A stretch of DNA of 64,000 bases from a virus: the IMG/VR virus record IMGVR_UViG_3300042904_000107, positions 1 through 64,000 of that record. One strand, 5' to 3'. Both the position numbers and the translations under genes were made by a program. Positions 28,006 through 37,732 of the stretch are shown in pieces (position 1 is the first letter of the stretch; every line of letters starts with the position of its first letter). Below the pieces are notes generated by a model. The model was not told where the DNA came from and ran no database searches. It worked only from the letters and a program-made list of their open reading frames with translations.

Positions 28006-28128
28006 GCTAAACCGCAATCTTTTCTCGCGTTTGGCGCGCACCCTCTTCATCTGGTACAATTTCAGGTGAACAGGAGGTAGTGCGCCGATTGGCCATATCT
28101 TAACGCTCATAGGCGCACCGGTGCCTAA

Positions 28129-28395
28129 TTAGTCGGCGCTATCAACCGTTACGGTGATGTCCGCGTAACGGAAGCCAGCGGCCTCAGGCGCGTAAACCGT
28201 GTCGTCACGGTCAAAGGACTCAAACTCGACCGTCGGGTCGTCCAGAAGCACGACACCGGTCGCTGTGCGGACAAAAACGCCCGTCTGCTCGTCACCATTC
28301 ACGTCTTCGACGACGCCGATAAAGGCCTCACCAGGGTCAACCTCTCCTAGGCTTTTCTTCGCCGGAGTATCATAACTGTTTTCAACATTAATCAT
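28129..28395 (-). CDS. small acidic protein (paralog family with 32175 and 37267 ORFs)
   Basis: C-terminal FRYADITVTV motif. Confidence 0.6.
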   Translation of the reverse strand: MINVENSYDTPAKKSLGEVDPGEAFIGVVEDVNGDEQTGVFVRTATGVVLLDDPTVEFESFDRDDTVYAPEAAGFRYADITVTVDSAD

Positions 28396-28447
28396 GGATT
28401 TTTATTCTTTCTTGGAGTTACTGCTGATTTTAACCTGTAGATCTAAG

Positions 28448-28526
28448 TGGTAGCGGATCTGGGAGTCGAACCCAGTATCGCAGAGGTTATGAGCCTCGCA
28501 TGATTATTCCGTTTCACTCACCCGCC
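28448..28526 (-). tRNA. tRNA-Met(CAT) (elongator; Ile2 not excluded)
   Basis: loop CT-CAT-AA, CCA; lacks initiator 3 G-C pairs. Confidence 0.85.
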
Positions 28527-28548
28527 GTGTTTCTTGAGTACGTCTACC

Positions 28549-28577
28549 AATATATCACGTTTATATTGGCTTGTCAA
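28549..28577 (-). promoter_or_regulatory. sigma70-type promoter
   Basis: TTGACA-17-TATATT with TG. Confidence 0.7.
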
Positions 28578-29016
28578 GCGTAAGCCGCTTTAAAATTATA
28601 GCCAAATCAGATCCAAGTCTCTGAGAATAACACTCGCGGCAAACTCGCTTGATTGGCCGACCCATGCGCTCTCTATCAGGTACTTCGGCCGGTCTTTCAT
28701 GGCAAAGAATACACTTTTTCTTCACTTTACTTCCCTGATTTGATCTGGCTCACTGAGCATTTACCACCCTTGATAATGACCACATGTCCATCAGGGTACT
28801 TTACTTCCCACCGAGTGTACAACACCTGGTCATTATGGACCTCTTCCACCCAAACCTTCTCCGCATAGAACGTCTGGTTCCTATAGTCGTCTTCGCAGAT
28901 AATCAGGTCGGGCCCAACCAGTTTATAGTCGACCGGTTGATTTCGATAAACATGGACACCCAACCATGTAAGGCCGGTAAGTATGCCCATCGTTGATAGC
29001 AGAACGGATAAGAGTC

Positions 29017-29448
29017 TCAATTTTGCACCACAATGAATCTGTCATCCAAGTATTTCGCGATGCGGGGCTTCACATCTGACCATTGCAGTTTTCCGTTGCT
29101 GCAACCTGGACGAACAAGATAAACTTTATCAAAATCCATCCACCCAGCGGCCATATACAACTGCCGAGCGGAGTTTTCAATTAAGACTGGATCGGATTTT
29201 TCAAACCAATGGTGTTTTGTTGGAAACGTGAAGATGTTGTACGACTGGAAATAACCAACTCTGTTTCCATATTTATTCAAGTGTTTGGCAAGAACTTTTG
29301 GAAATTCGGGATAGCGCGTCTTTGTGTCCAACGCTACACCACGACCCATGACACATTGCCCTCTAGAATTTATATCACCATTGGTAGTGATAACAATTGG
29401 AAACCCTGCGTCATGGTATTTCCAAATATCACCAGAAATCTCAATCAT
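29017..29448 (-). CDS. macrodomain (ADP-ribose binding/hydrolase, DarG/Poa1-like)
   Basis: ITTNG...VMGRGVA, FPTKHHW, PGCSNGKL.W..VK. Confidence 0.8.
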   Translation of the reverse strand: MIEISGDIWKYHDAGFPIVITTNGDINSRGQCVMGRGVALDTKTRYPEFPKVLAKHLNKYGNRVGYFQSYNIFTFPTKHHWFEKSDPVLIENSARQLYMAAGWMDFDKVYLVRPGCSNGKLQWSDVKPRIAKYLDDRFIVVQN

Positions 29449-29774
29449 GTTAATGCGACAACCCACATTGGCGCGCATCCTCTTCTGTCTTCCATGTTGA
29501 ACCGCATGATGTACAGATCGGCTTTTTCTCGCGCAAACCGAGAAGTATATCCAATTCAATGTCAAGAACCGATGTTTGATTTGTCCGCGGATGATGCGTC
29601 GGACTCAGCACCTCTAGCTCCTCTAATTTCTGCCGTTGTTCCAGAGAAAAAGGAGCATAGTGCGGTTCCACAGTTTCAACATAAACACGCCAATTCATGC
29701 TTCCTGTCGCCTGTCGAATGCTCAATTTCGGCCCAGGAAGACCTCTCATATGGCGCTTCAGGAGTTTTACACGC

Positions 29775-30542
29775 TCAGTCATTTTCGTAGTATCCGTAGG
29801 TGTTTAGGATATACATACAAAGATCGTTCACAAAGTCCAGATCCGGTTTCTCGGGTAGGTCGGTCAGCTTTTCACAAGATTGGGCATACTCGATCTCACT
29901 TTTCGTCAGCCTGATCCAATGTTCTAAGGAGAACCCACCATTTCTAATAGACAGAAGTAAATCGCGGTCACGTTCCCGATAGACATTCAATTCTCCCGTG
30001 AGAAAGAACTCCTGTGCCATATGTAGGATGCGGATCGTATGCGCCGCAAACTTCACATCATATCCGTATTTTGCAACCAACTCTTTACGTTTCGTTCCGA
30101 GTTTACCAGTATTGCAATTGATAACCGAATTCATCTGACTGTTTGCGTATCCAATGAGTGTTTTTCCGGCGCGCTTGGATTCGAATGACTTTCTATGTCG
30201 AATCAACAGGTCACCGGCCTTCTCTCTCAACGCATAATCAGAACCTCGCAAATAAAGCAGCGGAATCACGTTTGGGTTATACGAGAGCATTAGACGTAAG
30301 AACTTCTTTAACTCATATGCGGTTAACTCTGCATTGAGTGTTTCCTTACGCTCTATTTTCAGCGTACCGTCGTTCTCCCAATTTCGGAGACCGATGTAGT
30401 GCGACATCGGGGCAAGCGCAACTCCCATCCAGTCATCGTCACTGTCAGGAGTATCTGTGCCATATGATTTTGAGCCTACTTGGCCCACAAGTATGTACTT
30501 GCCAACTCTTTGGTCAAGTGCGAACGGTGTAAGATCTGCCAT
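29775..30542 (-). CDS. YcgL/RlaP-like Pol-beta nucleotidyltransferase
   Basis: VGSKSYGT.TPDSD.D, YEL.KF..L..NPN, YDVK.A.H.IR. Confidence 0.85.
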   Translation of the reverse strand: MADLTPFALDQRVGKYILVGQVGSKSYGTDTPDSDDDWMGVALAPMSHYIGLRNWENDGTLKIERKETLNAELTAYELKKFLRLMLSYNPNVIPLLYLRGSDYALREKAGDLLIRHRKSFESKRAGKTLIGYANSQMNSVINCNTGKLGTKRKELVAKYGYDVKFAAHTIRILHMAQEFFLTGELNVYRERDRDLLLSIRNGGFSLEHWIRLTKSEIEYAQSCEKLTDLPEKPDLDFVNDLCMYILNTYGYYEND

Positions 30543-30650
30543 AATACTCCTCCATCTGTCCGGTCAGTGAGTTGAATCTGGACAGACCCCGTTTGATATG
30601 CCTTGGGTTACTCACAACCGATGGTGCGGCAGGGAGTCGCGCGGGACTTC

Positions 30651-31268
30651 TTATTTCTTGTAATACTCCGCCGCAGCAACCAAGACTTCTCCCAAGTCAT
30701 CAAGGTAAAAGTCGAAAACAGGATATCCCTTTTTCTCTTTCTTTGCCACGACTTCAGGATCGGTCTCGCTTATGAATGTTCGCCATTCATGGTACGTATA
30801 ATGCGAAAAGCTAGGCTGTTCATCATACGTTCCATCATCGTTGTAGTGGCTCTCGGACCACCTCTTTACCATCCATCCAGTTTCGGGTAGTTGCTTGAAT
30901 TGCTTTTGGTAATTCCAATTCTCTTGTTTACCTACGAAACTAGATCCGTAAACTTGGTAGACGGTCGCCGATTGGACATATCGCCGTTGAATTAGGTTGT
31001 GCTCAGGTATTCGGATACTGAGTAGGTATTCGAAGCCTCCCTGGCGACCTTTCCACAGATCTTCAGGAATATTAGGAACAACTTCGGAGGCGCATTCACC
31101 TAAATCAAGAGCTATCGCCTTCTTCAATCCTAAGATTGCTTCTTTGCGTTTTTGTTCCCAATAATTTTTGAGGCGCTCCTTTTCATTTTCATCGGAGCGC
31201 CTCTTTGCTTCTTCGGCGTCGTCCTGGCGTTTCTTTGTATTTCGTTCAAGCTCCGCTAGGAAAGACAT
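30651..31268 (-). CDS. hypothetical protein
   Basis: 205-aa ORF. Confidence 0.65.
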   Translation of the reverse strand: MSFLAELERNTKKRQDDAEEAKRRSDENEKERLKNYWEQKRKEAILGLKKAIALDLGECASEVVPNIPEDLWKGRQGGFEYLLSIRIPEHNLIQRRYVQSATVYQVYGSSFVGKQENWNYQKQFKQLPETGWMVKRWSESHYNDDGTYDEQPSFSHYTYHEWRTFISETDPEVVAKKEKKGYPVFDFYLDDLGEVLVAAAEYYKK

Positions 31269-31274
31269 ATTATT

Positions 31275-31601
31275 TTACCGTGAGTAGTATCCAGCCATCA
31301 CTTCGCGGCTTTGCTGATCGGTCAACTCCGCTCCCTCAATGGCGCGTTGGAGCGCAAGCACGCGACCGGTTTCTTTCTTGTACTGATCGGCTGGGTGGGT
31401 ATACGCCTCACCGAAGTAATTTTCAGGGAGTGTCTCACCGGTGGGAAGAATTTCCATCAAACACTCGGTATTACCCCGCGTAAATTTCAGACCGTTCACC
31501 ATCGCAACGAGGTCATTATTGCGCTGGAACTTAATATTTGGCTTGTTGTGACGGAACCGAAGGGTTACGGTTCCAAGGGATTTTGCTTCAAAACGAATCA
31601 T
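31275..31601 (-). CDS. hypothetical phage protein
   Basis: GEA..HP.DQY.K..GR..AL.RA motif common in phage proteins. Confidence 0.65.
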   Translation of the reverse strand: MIRFEAKSLGTVTLRFRHNKPNIKFQRNNDLVAMVNGLKFTRGNTECLMEILPTGETLPENYFGEAYTHPADQYKKETGRVLALQRAIEGAELTDQQSREVMAGYYSR

Positions 31602-31635
31602 GGTATTATCCTTTTGTCGGTTTAATACAGCTTAA

Positions 31636-31712
31636 TGGTAGGCCGCCTGGGATTCGAACCCAGAACCTCTCGGGTAAGAGCCGAGTACTCTAGCCAGTTG
31701 AGTTAGCGGCCT
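31636..31712 (-). tRNA. tRNA-Lys(CTT)
   Basis: CTCGG-CTCTTAC-CCGAG, CCA. Confidence 0.93.
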
Positions 31713-31726
31713 GAGTGTACAACTCC

Positions 31727-31803
31727 TGGTGGCGCATCTGGGACTCGAACCCAGATCTCTCGGATTAAAAGTCCGCTGATCTAGCCAATTGATCTAACGC
31801 GCC
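31727..31803 (-). tRNA. tRNA-Lys(TTT)
   Basis: CGGA-CTTTTAA-TCCG, CCA. Confidence 0.93.
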
Positions 31804-32086
31804 ACATTCATACTATTGAAACCGGTATTTTCGGTATTCCTCATCAACAGCGGCTTCAAATTTCCTATACGCAGCCTTGGACTCTTCCCACTCTTTCAAC
31901 TCACGTGCAATTGCCTTAAGATCCGGTTTTAAGGCAAAGGTCATAGATCTCGCGTTAACTATCATTGCCCACTCTTCATGAGCCTTGGCAAACTTGTTTT
32001 GAAGTTGGCCTACTTCTTCCTTAGCCGTAGAAACGGAACATAAGACGAAGAGAATGAAAAGTCGCAAATATGTCATTTGAGATCCT

Positions 32087-32161
32087 TGGTTGGCGGGGAG
32101 GGAGTCGAACCCCCAACCTGACGGTAATCGACCGCCGGCTCTACCATTGAGCTACCCGCCA
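32087..32161 (-). tRNA. tRNA-Ile(GAT), atypical loop
   Basis: GGCGG-TCGATTA-CCGTC (C33, U37), CCA. Confidence 0.8.
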
Positions 32162-32174
32162 ATGATGTAACTAC

Positions 32175-32453
32175 TTATTGTCCGATTTTGATTGTGATAT
32201 CGACTTCTCGGAAGTCTTCAACTTCCAGTCCCCGGCAATGGTCTCTCATGTAACTTGTTTCCCAGCCAGTTCCACCAGTAGCAAGACCGCTGGTGGATTC
32301 TGGAGCCAGGCGAGTCACTCCGATGTGTGACAAGAACCATAACCCCTCACTGTTCATGATTCGCCCGGTAAAGGCCATTGGTCCTGGGCCTAGATCAGAA
32401 ACACGTTTGGTAACTCCAACGTGTAATCCTTGTTCAAGTGTGATTCGTGACAT
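32175..32453 (-). CDS. small protein (paralog family)
   Basis: C-terminal FREVDITIKI. Confidence 0.55.
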   Translation of the reverse strand: MSRITLEQGLHVGVTKRVSDLGPGPMAFTGRIMNSEGLWFLSHIGVTRLAPESTSGLATGGTGWETSYMRDHCRGLEVEDFREVDITIKIGQ

Positions 32454-32584
32454 GTTCAACTCCAACGGTGAAAGTTGCAGAGCAAGCACGGAGTGATCGA
32501 GAGCCGCGAATGCTTTGCATCGCAATGCTTACAACGACCACGCAACCATGCACCTAATGTGTTCAAAAAGTCCTTCATAAAGTT

Positions 32585-32660
32585 TGGCAGCCCCAGGAGG
32601 GTTTGAACCTCCAACCTTTCGGGTCAAAGCCGAACGCTCTGCCAGTTGAGCTATAGGGCT
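32585..32660 (-). tRNA. tRNA-Gln(TTG)
   Basis: TTCGG-CTTTGAC-CCGAA, CCA. Confidence 0.9.
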
Positions 32661-32934
32661 AATCCTTTTTATCTTCTTTGTGCAATTTCTTCGAAATGTA
32701 CATTCCGACGACAGAGCCAACCATTCCTCCGAGCGTGTACCCCATCCACGGAATAATCGCATCACCGGCAGCTTCTGATATCCTCTTAATTAGGAAGAAC
32801 ATCAGAGTAGCGCACATACCGTCGGTAATCACCATCGTCTTCATGTGGCCCTGGGCAACAGCACGAAAGTTAATGGTCAAAATGCCGTAATTTAAGACCT
32901 GTGCAAAGAACAAGGCGATTGTAAGTGTTAACAT
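32659..32934 (-). CDS. small membrane protein
   Basis: three hydrophobic segments. Confidence 0.6.
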   Translation of the reverse strand: MLTLTIALFFAQVLNYGILTINFRAVAQGHMKTMVITDGMCATLMFFLIKRISEAAGDAIIPWMGYTLGGMVGSVVGMYISKKLHKEDKKD

Positions 32935-32939
32935 GTGAA

Positions 32940-33015
32940 TGGTACTCCCGCAGGGATTCGAACCCCGATTCCAGGCTTCGTAGGCCAGTGCCCTAGTCCA
33001 TTGGACGACGGGAGC
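32940..33015 (-). tRNA. tRNA-Arg(ACG)
   Basis: loop CT-ACG-AA, CCA. Confidence 0.92.
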
Positions 33016-33416
33016 ATGAACTTGTTATTTTTCCCACAATGAAGCGGAGTAATCGGAACTAACTTTGTCGTACTCTTTCAACATGCCGCGGAGCCACTCT
33101 TCAGCATTCTTGGCAATCATGTCTTCGATCGGAGTTACACCGCCACCAGGGAGATCTCTTGATCCCTTCAGCTTATCTTTCAAGGACAGCCAGTAGCGAA
33201 CGGTCTCAACAACAGTCTTTTCCATTTATAAACTCTTCCATGGGGGGTACCGAGTCCCGATTGTCCACGGTACCCTCACCTCTCCCGGAACTGACGGACT
33301 TTACTTCCGGTTATATCCCGCCAGCGTTCAAAAAGGTGCGTGCTAATTTATTGATCGTCTTCCTACACCACGCCAAGATTTACTACTCCGAGTCGGTAGG
33401 GCACTTACCGACTGAA

Positions 33417-33491
33417 TGGTACTCCCGCAAGGAGTTGAACCCTGATCCACGGCTTAGAAGGCCGGTGCCCTGTCCATTGGACGACGGGAGC
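33417..33491 (-). tRNA. tRNA-Arg(TCT)
   Basis: loop CT-TCT-AA, CCA. Confidence 0.92.
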
Positions 33492-33815
33492 GTGACTGGT
33501 TAGAGGTTGTCGCCTAGGTCGCGGGCGTCTTCGGCTTCCGAGATCAGTTGGCGAGCCGTGTCGAAATCACCATCGTCGATGGCGTCCTTTGCGGCCTCTC
33601 CGAGAGCCTCGACCAGATTGTTGATGGCGCTCTGGACCTCTTGTTTGGCGTCCTCGACCGGATTCGAATACGAAGCCGCTGAAGGGAACTGGGTATTTCT
33701 GTCGTAACACATGATGTAATTAGCCTCCAGCACCGCCAATAGCGGTGCGCTTGTGGACCCGCAACCTGTGACCCGTGCGGTGGTCTTCTACGCTTCTACA
33801 GCGCATCCACAAGAA

Positions 33816-33909
33816 TGGCGGAGAGGCGGGGTCTTGAACCCCGACGCCCGTTTAGGGCTCACTGTTTTCAAGACAGTAGCCGCTAGGCCGAAACTCGGCT
33901 TACCTCCCC
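33816..33909 (-). tRNA. tRNA-Ser(TGA)
   Basis: ACTGT-CTTGAAA-ACAGT, long variable arm, G73. Confidence 0.88.
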
Positions 33910-34139
33910 GAACTTTATTCCTGAATGTCAAAGATGTGGTCCGCTAGGTGCCTACCAGAACTGAGGTCGATTCGTGCTTTTCGACCGCTATTGTAGGTTC
34001 CCGAAACCACGGGTGCTGCAAATCCGGACAAAGAGCTTGGCTCGATAGCTTCAATCGTTAAAACCAGCCCTTCACGAACAACGATTTTGTCACCAACGGC
34101 TAACTCAATCGCTTTTTTCTGTATCATTTCAGTAAACCC

Positions 34140-34168
34140 ATTCTAACACAACAGTTTTGGCCTGTCAA
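34140..34168 (-). promoter_or_regulatory. sigma70-type promoter
   Basis: TTGACA-17-TAGAAT with TG. Confidence 0.75.
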
Positions 34169-34424
34169 GCTAGACCACTTTCTCTTCTTCCATTACCGCT
34201 AAAACCGACGAATTTCTTTCTTTGGCCATTTGAACTATAAATTCTGCCATCGGTTTTGCGAGGCGCTCCTCTGCACGGAGCGCCTCCACCTGTTCTTCTT
34301 CTGGCAGAAATTGCAAAGCGTTAAGACGTCCGTAACGGCATGTATTGGTATCTTGATTATGCTTGTTCTTACTGTTTCCAGTGGCGCAAGCTTTGCAGAT
34401 CTCTTGTTCTGTCATTTGTATTTA

Positions 34425-34513
34425 TGGCGGAAGATGGAGGGATTGAACCTCCGCGTCCCGTTAGGATGGCCTCAGTTTAGCAAACTGGCACATTACCACT
34501 CTGTCAATCTTCC
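34425..34513 (-). tRNA. tRNA-Ser(GCT)
   Basis: loop TT-GCT-AA, long variable arm, G73, CCA. Confidence 0.92.
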
Positions 34514-34521
34514 GATCCTAT

Positions 34522-34794
34522 TTAGATGCGAAAAAATGCGCGCGCTTCCGGAGTGAGTGTAGATTCCGGAACAACGAGAGAACGATCCGGTCTCTGAAGG
34601 GTAACACGATGCGTCCAATGCGAACTGGGACGGTAAATCGACAAGGTTAATGAATGTTGTGGTTGATTAGTCCAACCAACAAGCCTGCTGGTGACCTTCG
34701 TTACACGCCCGATCTTCATACCTCGCGTGGATGCATATGCAACGAACGCACCCAACGTAATCTCTCTTCCTTGTGAATCCTTAAACATAACCAA
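34522..34794 (-). CDS. small hypothetical protein (paralog of 13680..13961)
   Basis: shared N-terminal motif. Confidence 0.6.
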   Translation of the reverse strand: MVMFKDSQGREITLGAFVAYASTRGMKIGRVTKVTSRLVGWTNQPQHSLTLSIYRPSSHWTHRVTLQRPDRSLVVPESTLTPEARAFFRI

Positions 34795-35374
34795 ATTTCC
34801 TTAAGTTAGATTCGAACTTCCTTGAGTTCTACGGGAACGACTTTCTTTTTCTTCCACTCGTCCTTCTCGTCTTCCTCCATCACAACAAGACCACGATCCC
34901 AAATGTACCGAGCTAAACCTTTCATATCATGCTTGTCGGACATGTACTTGTTCGTGTTCAGTAGTCGCGAAAGTGTGTTATAGTCGATATCTTCTTGAAT
35001 TACCAGAATGACACGACCAGTATTGTCTTTAATCTTCCCGATGTATTTTCCGGGTTTATCAGAGACTTCATACGTCCATTTTCTGATATTTCCAACAGTC
35101 TGCTCTTTCTTTTTATCCAGAAGAGCCTTAATCTTCTTACGAGCCATGTTATTATCTATTGCAATACCATCGAACACCGTCAATGGCTTTCTGGTCCCAA
35201 TTCAACATCGCCTTTTCCCATTGTTCGCGGGTTAGGTCTTCTTGGCCGGCGCGGTTGCGTATGTGATTTATACGAATGACGATATCGTCAGTAAGCCATG
35301 AAAGGTCCGGCTTCAGCCGTTTCTTTGACATGATATTTTATTAGTTACTCCAAAGGGCCGAAGCCCTTAGATGG

Positions 35375-36352
35375 TCACTTCTTTTTCTTACCTTCAAGGT
35401 AATCGATGGACACGGCCTTGAGAATCAACCGACCGTGCAGGCGGTCACTGAAGCGCTCGATTACCGGCTTGATGACGACACCTTCTCGGATATGCGCTGC
35501 GCCAGGTAACGTGCTTTCCCCGTTCATCAATTTCTCAACCACTTCGTGACTGTACGGGCCACGATATAGGACAGGCACCAGAAAATCAGACTTGGCACCA
35601 CCAAGGGCGTCGTCGTAGTTAAGGAAACGACCGTCAGCATAAACATCAAAGGCCCTAAAGCCATAAGGAACCTTCTGGTTGAGTCCGTAGTTATATCCTT
35701 TTTGAACAGCACCGAAAATCTCCCCATATAGAATCACATTCGGATTGAGTTGGCAGAACACTTTGATCCACGGCACCAGATCGAGAATGCGCCAGAAAAC
35801 GTTGTCGCCTTCTTTGACCCAGTGATTACGGCTACCGGCGTACATCTTTCCGTCTTGATAGGTGAAGCGGCTGTTCATTCCGTGAATCTTCTCGGTAATG
35901 ACGACCTCTTCTCCTTCTTGAAATACGTTGCGGTATTTCTGCCAGGACTCGATATCGTAAATCACGCCGCGCATTGGAGGCGGTGACTCGTGATTACCCA
36001 TTGCGGCATTCACCACACTGGACAGTTCAGGCTCGTAGTGTACGATACCGAGTTTCTCGGCTACATCATCACCGATCTCAGCGCCTTCTGGTGCCGGAAC
36101 CAGCATACCGTAACTCTCAATACCGCGGAGCCTCTTCGCCTTGATTTTGACCTTACCTTCTAAGAAGGCGAACTGTTCGGTGTCGGGAACGACCGAGTCA
36201 GGCGGAATGTATGCTCCTCGATCTTTGCCTTCCCAATCAGCGGTACGGACGCAAACGGTGTAACCATCAAACACCTTAACAACCGAAAGGCTGTCAGCAT
36301 TGGGATGCTTCTCCAGGCTCACTGGGACCACTTCTACTCTGAATGTTGCCAT
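35375..36352 (-). CDS. RNA ligase, DRB0094 family (N-terminal OB-fold + ligase domain)
   Basis: HPNADSL, YIPPDSVVP, LRG..S.G, TEKIHG.N, LYGEIFG, REGVV.KP. Confidence 0.9.
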   Translation of the reverse strand: MATFRVEVVPVSLEKHPNADSLSVVKVFDGYTVCVRTADWEGKDRGAYIPPDSVVPDTEQFAFLEGKVKIKAKRLRGIESYGMLVPAPEGAEIGDDVAEKLGIVHYEPELSSVVNAAMGNHESPPPMRGVIYDIESWQKYRNVFQEGEEVVITEKIHGMNSRFTYQDGKMYAGSRNHWVKEGDNVFWRILDLVPWIKVFCQLNPNVILYGEIFGAVQKGYNYGLNQKVPYGFRAFDVYADGRFLNYDDALGGAKSDFLVPVLYRGPYSHEVVEKLMNGESTLPGAAHIREGVVIKPVIERFSDRLHGRLILKAVSIDYLEGKKKK

Positions 36353-36737
36353 TGGTATTCCTCCAGTCCAGATAAGCGCATTCGCACTTATTGGAACAAA
36401 ATACAGGTTCTGAAGGAAGACCGCACCAAGCACAGAGTCCGGTGAACCGGGTCACTTCAAGTATTAAACTCATCCTTAGGCTCGGAGCCTTATTGGATTC
36501 CGAGAACCCATTCGAGGACGCTAATTTTGGTTTTCAGTTCCAATATATGGTCTCGGTCGGCCAAATAGTTACTGTGTGCATACAGCCTCTTTGCTAGTTC
36601 CAAGTCAAATCGACAGGTTTCGAGGCGGCGTTGAATTCTCTCTTCTGTTTTCATTCCTCTGTCCTTACGACAAGCTCAAAATCGGTGACGTCCTCGGCTT
36701 GGTTGCTTTAAATTCACTTGCAATGGGCTACACAGTT

Positions 36738-36766
36738 ATGATAGCAAATGTCAAGTGGTTTGTCAA
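36738..36766 (-). promoter_or_regulatory. sigma70-type promoter with tandem TTGACA
   Basis: TTGACA-aaccacTTGACAtttgc-TATCAT. Confidence 0.7.
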
Positions 36767-37266
36767 TCTAGGCCACAATTTTCTTGTGCCAAATTTTGAG
36801 GATATCAAATCATATACAGCCAAAAGATTATTTGCTCACTTTTTGATGTGGATATTAGAGTTTAAGCACTCACACCCCTACTATTAACTAGAGAATGTGG
36901 CCTAGTGTCTGGGATCGTCAGGGTTGAGCACTCTACAAATGACAACGCCCCACCTTTTGACGGGTGGGGCGTAAATCCGCAGATGCGATCTGCGGAGATG
37001 AAATTATATTGTGGCCTAAATTACTCGTTTGGATCGCCGGTTGTGGCGTTCCAATCTAACATGTTTTGGGCTGTGAAGTTAGCATTAGGGAAAGTACCCC
37101 CGTCTGTCCAAACTCCTTGGTCCGCCAGGAAGATCTTATCGTTTGCTTGATTAACGACAACGAACCCATCGGGTGCGCCGGTCTCGGCACCAAGTGTTCG
37201 ATCTTTGTTGACGACCCGGTAGCCCGTTCCGTGAATGATATCAAGTGGCATAACAGCCACTATTTA

Positions 37267-37521
37267 TCACTTTACGGAGATCGTAACGTCCACGACACGA
37301 TAACCGTATATCTGGTCGATGTCGCCCCAATAGTTGTCCAATTTTGTGAAGGAGGGTAGTTCGATGATCTCGTCGTCGCCCTTGATATACAGCTTCGACT
37401 TACCTTTCTGGGTGGGAGATCCGACGAAGAAGACACCGCAAGGAATATCATGGGTTCGAAACGATTCGACCGGAACCTGAGTCAAGTCAACGGTCACTTT
37501 GGAGGAATTCTTTGTTGCCAT
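37267..37521 (-). CDS. small protein (paralog family)
   Basis: C-terminal YRVVDVTISV. Confidence 0.55.
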   Translation of the reverse strand: MATKNSSKVTVDLTQVPVESFRTHDIPCGVFFVGSPTQKGKSKLYIKGDDEIIELPSFTKLDNYWGDIDQIYGYRVVDVTISVK

Positions 37522-37732
37522 AATGTATCTCTTTCTCACGTTTGAATTGTACTACTCCGAGCGCCCGAAGGCGCTGTATTCTACTTTTTATCCGGTAAGA
37601 ATGTTGACCGAAACCGCAAACCTTCAACTGCGACGTCGGCGTTGGACTTTGCGTTCCAGTCATCGGAGCCGGCTCGTATAGTGGTAACGAAGACCAGCTT
37701 CCAAAACTCTTTCTCTTCCTCGTTGTTGAATT

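Noticed and set aside
33240-33375. Possible fifth Y-like RNA (GGCGTGGTGTAG)
   Set aside because: No convincing complementary GTTCCCGCC strand or enclosed stem could be assigned.
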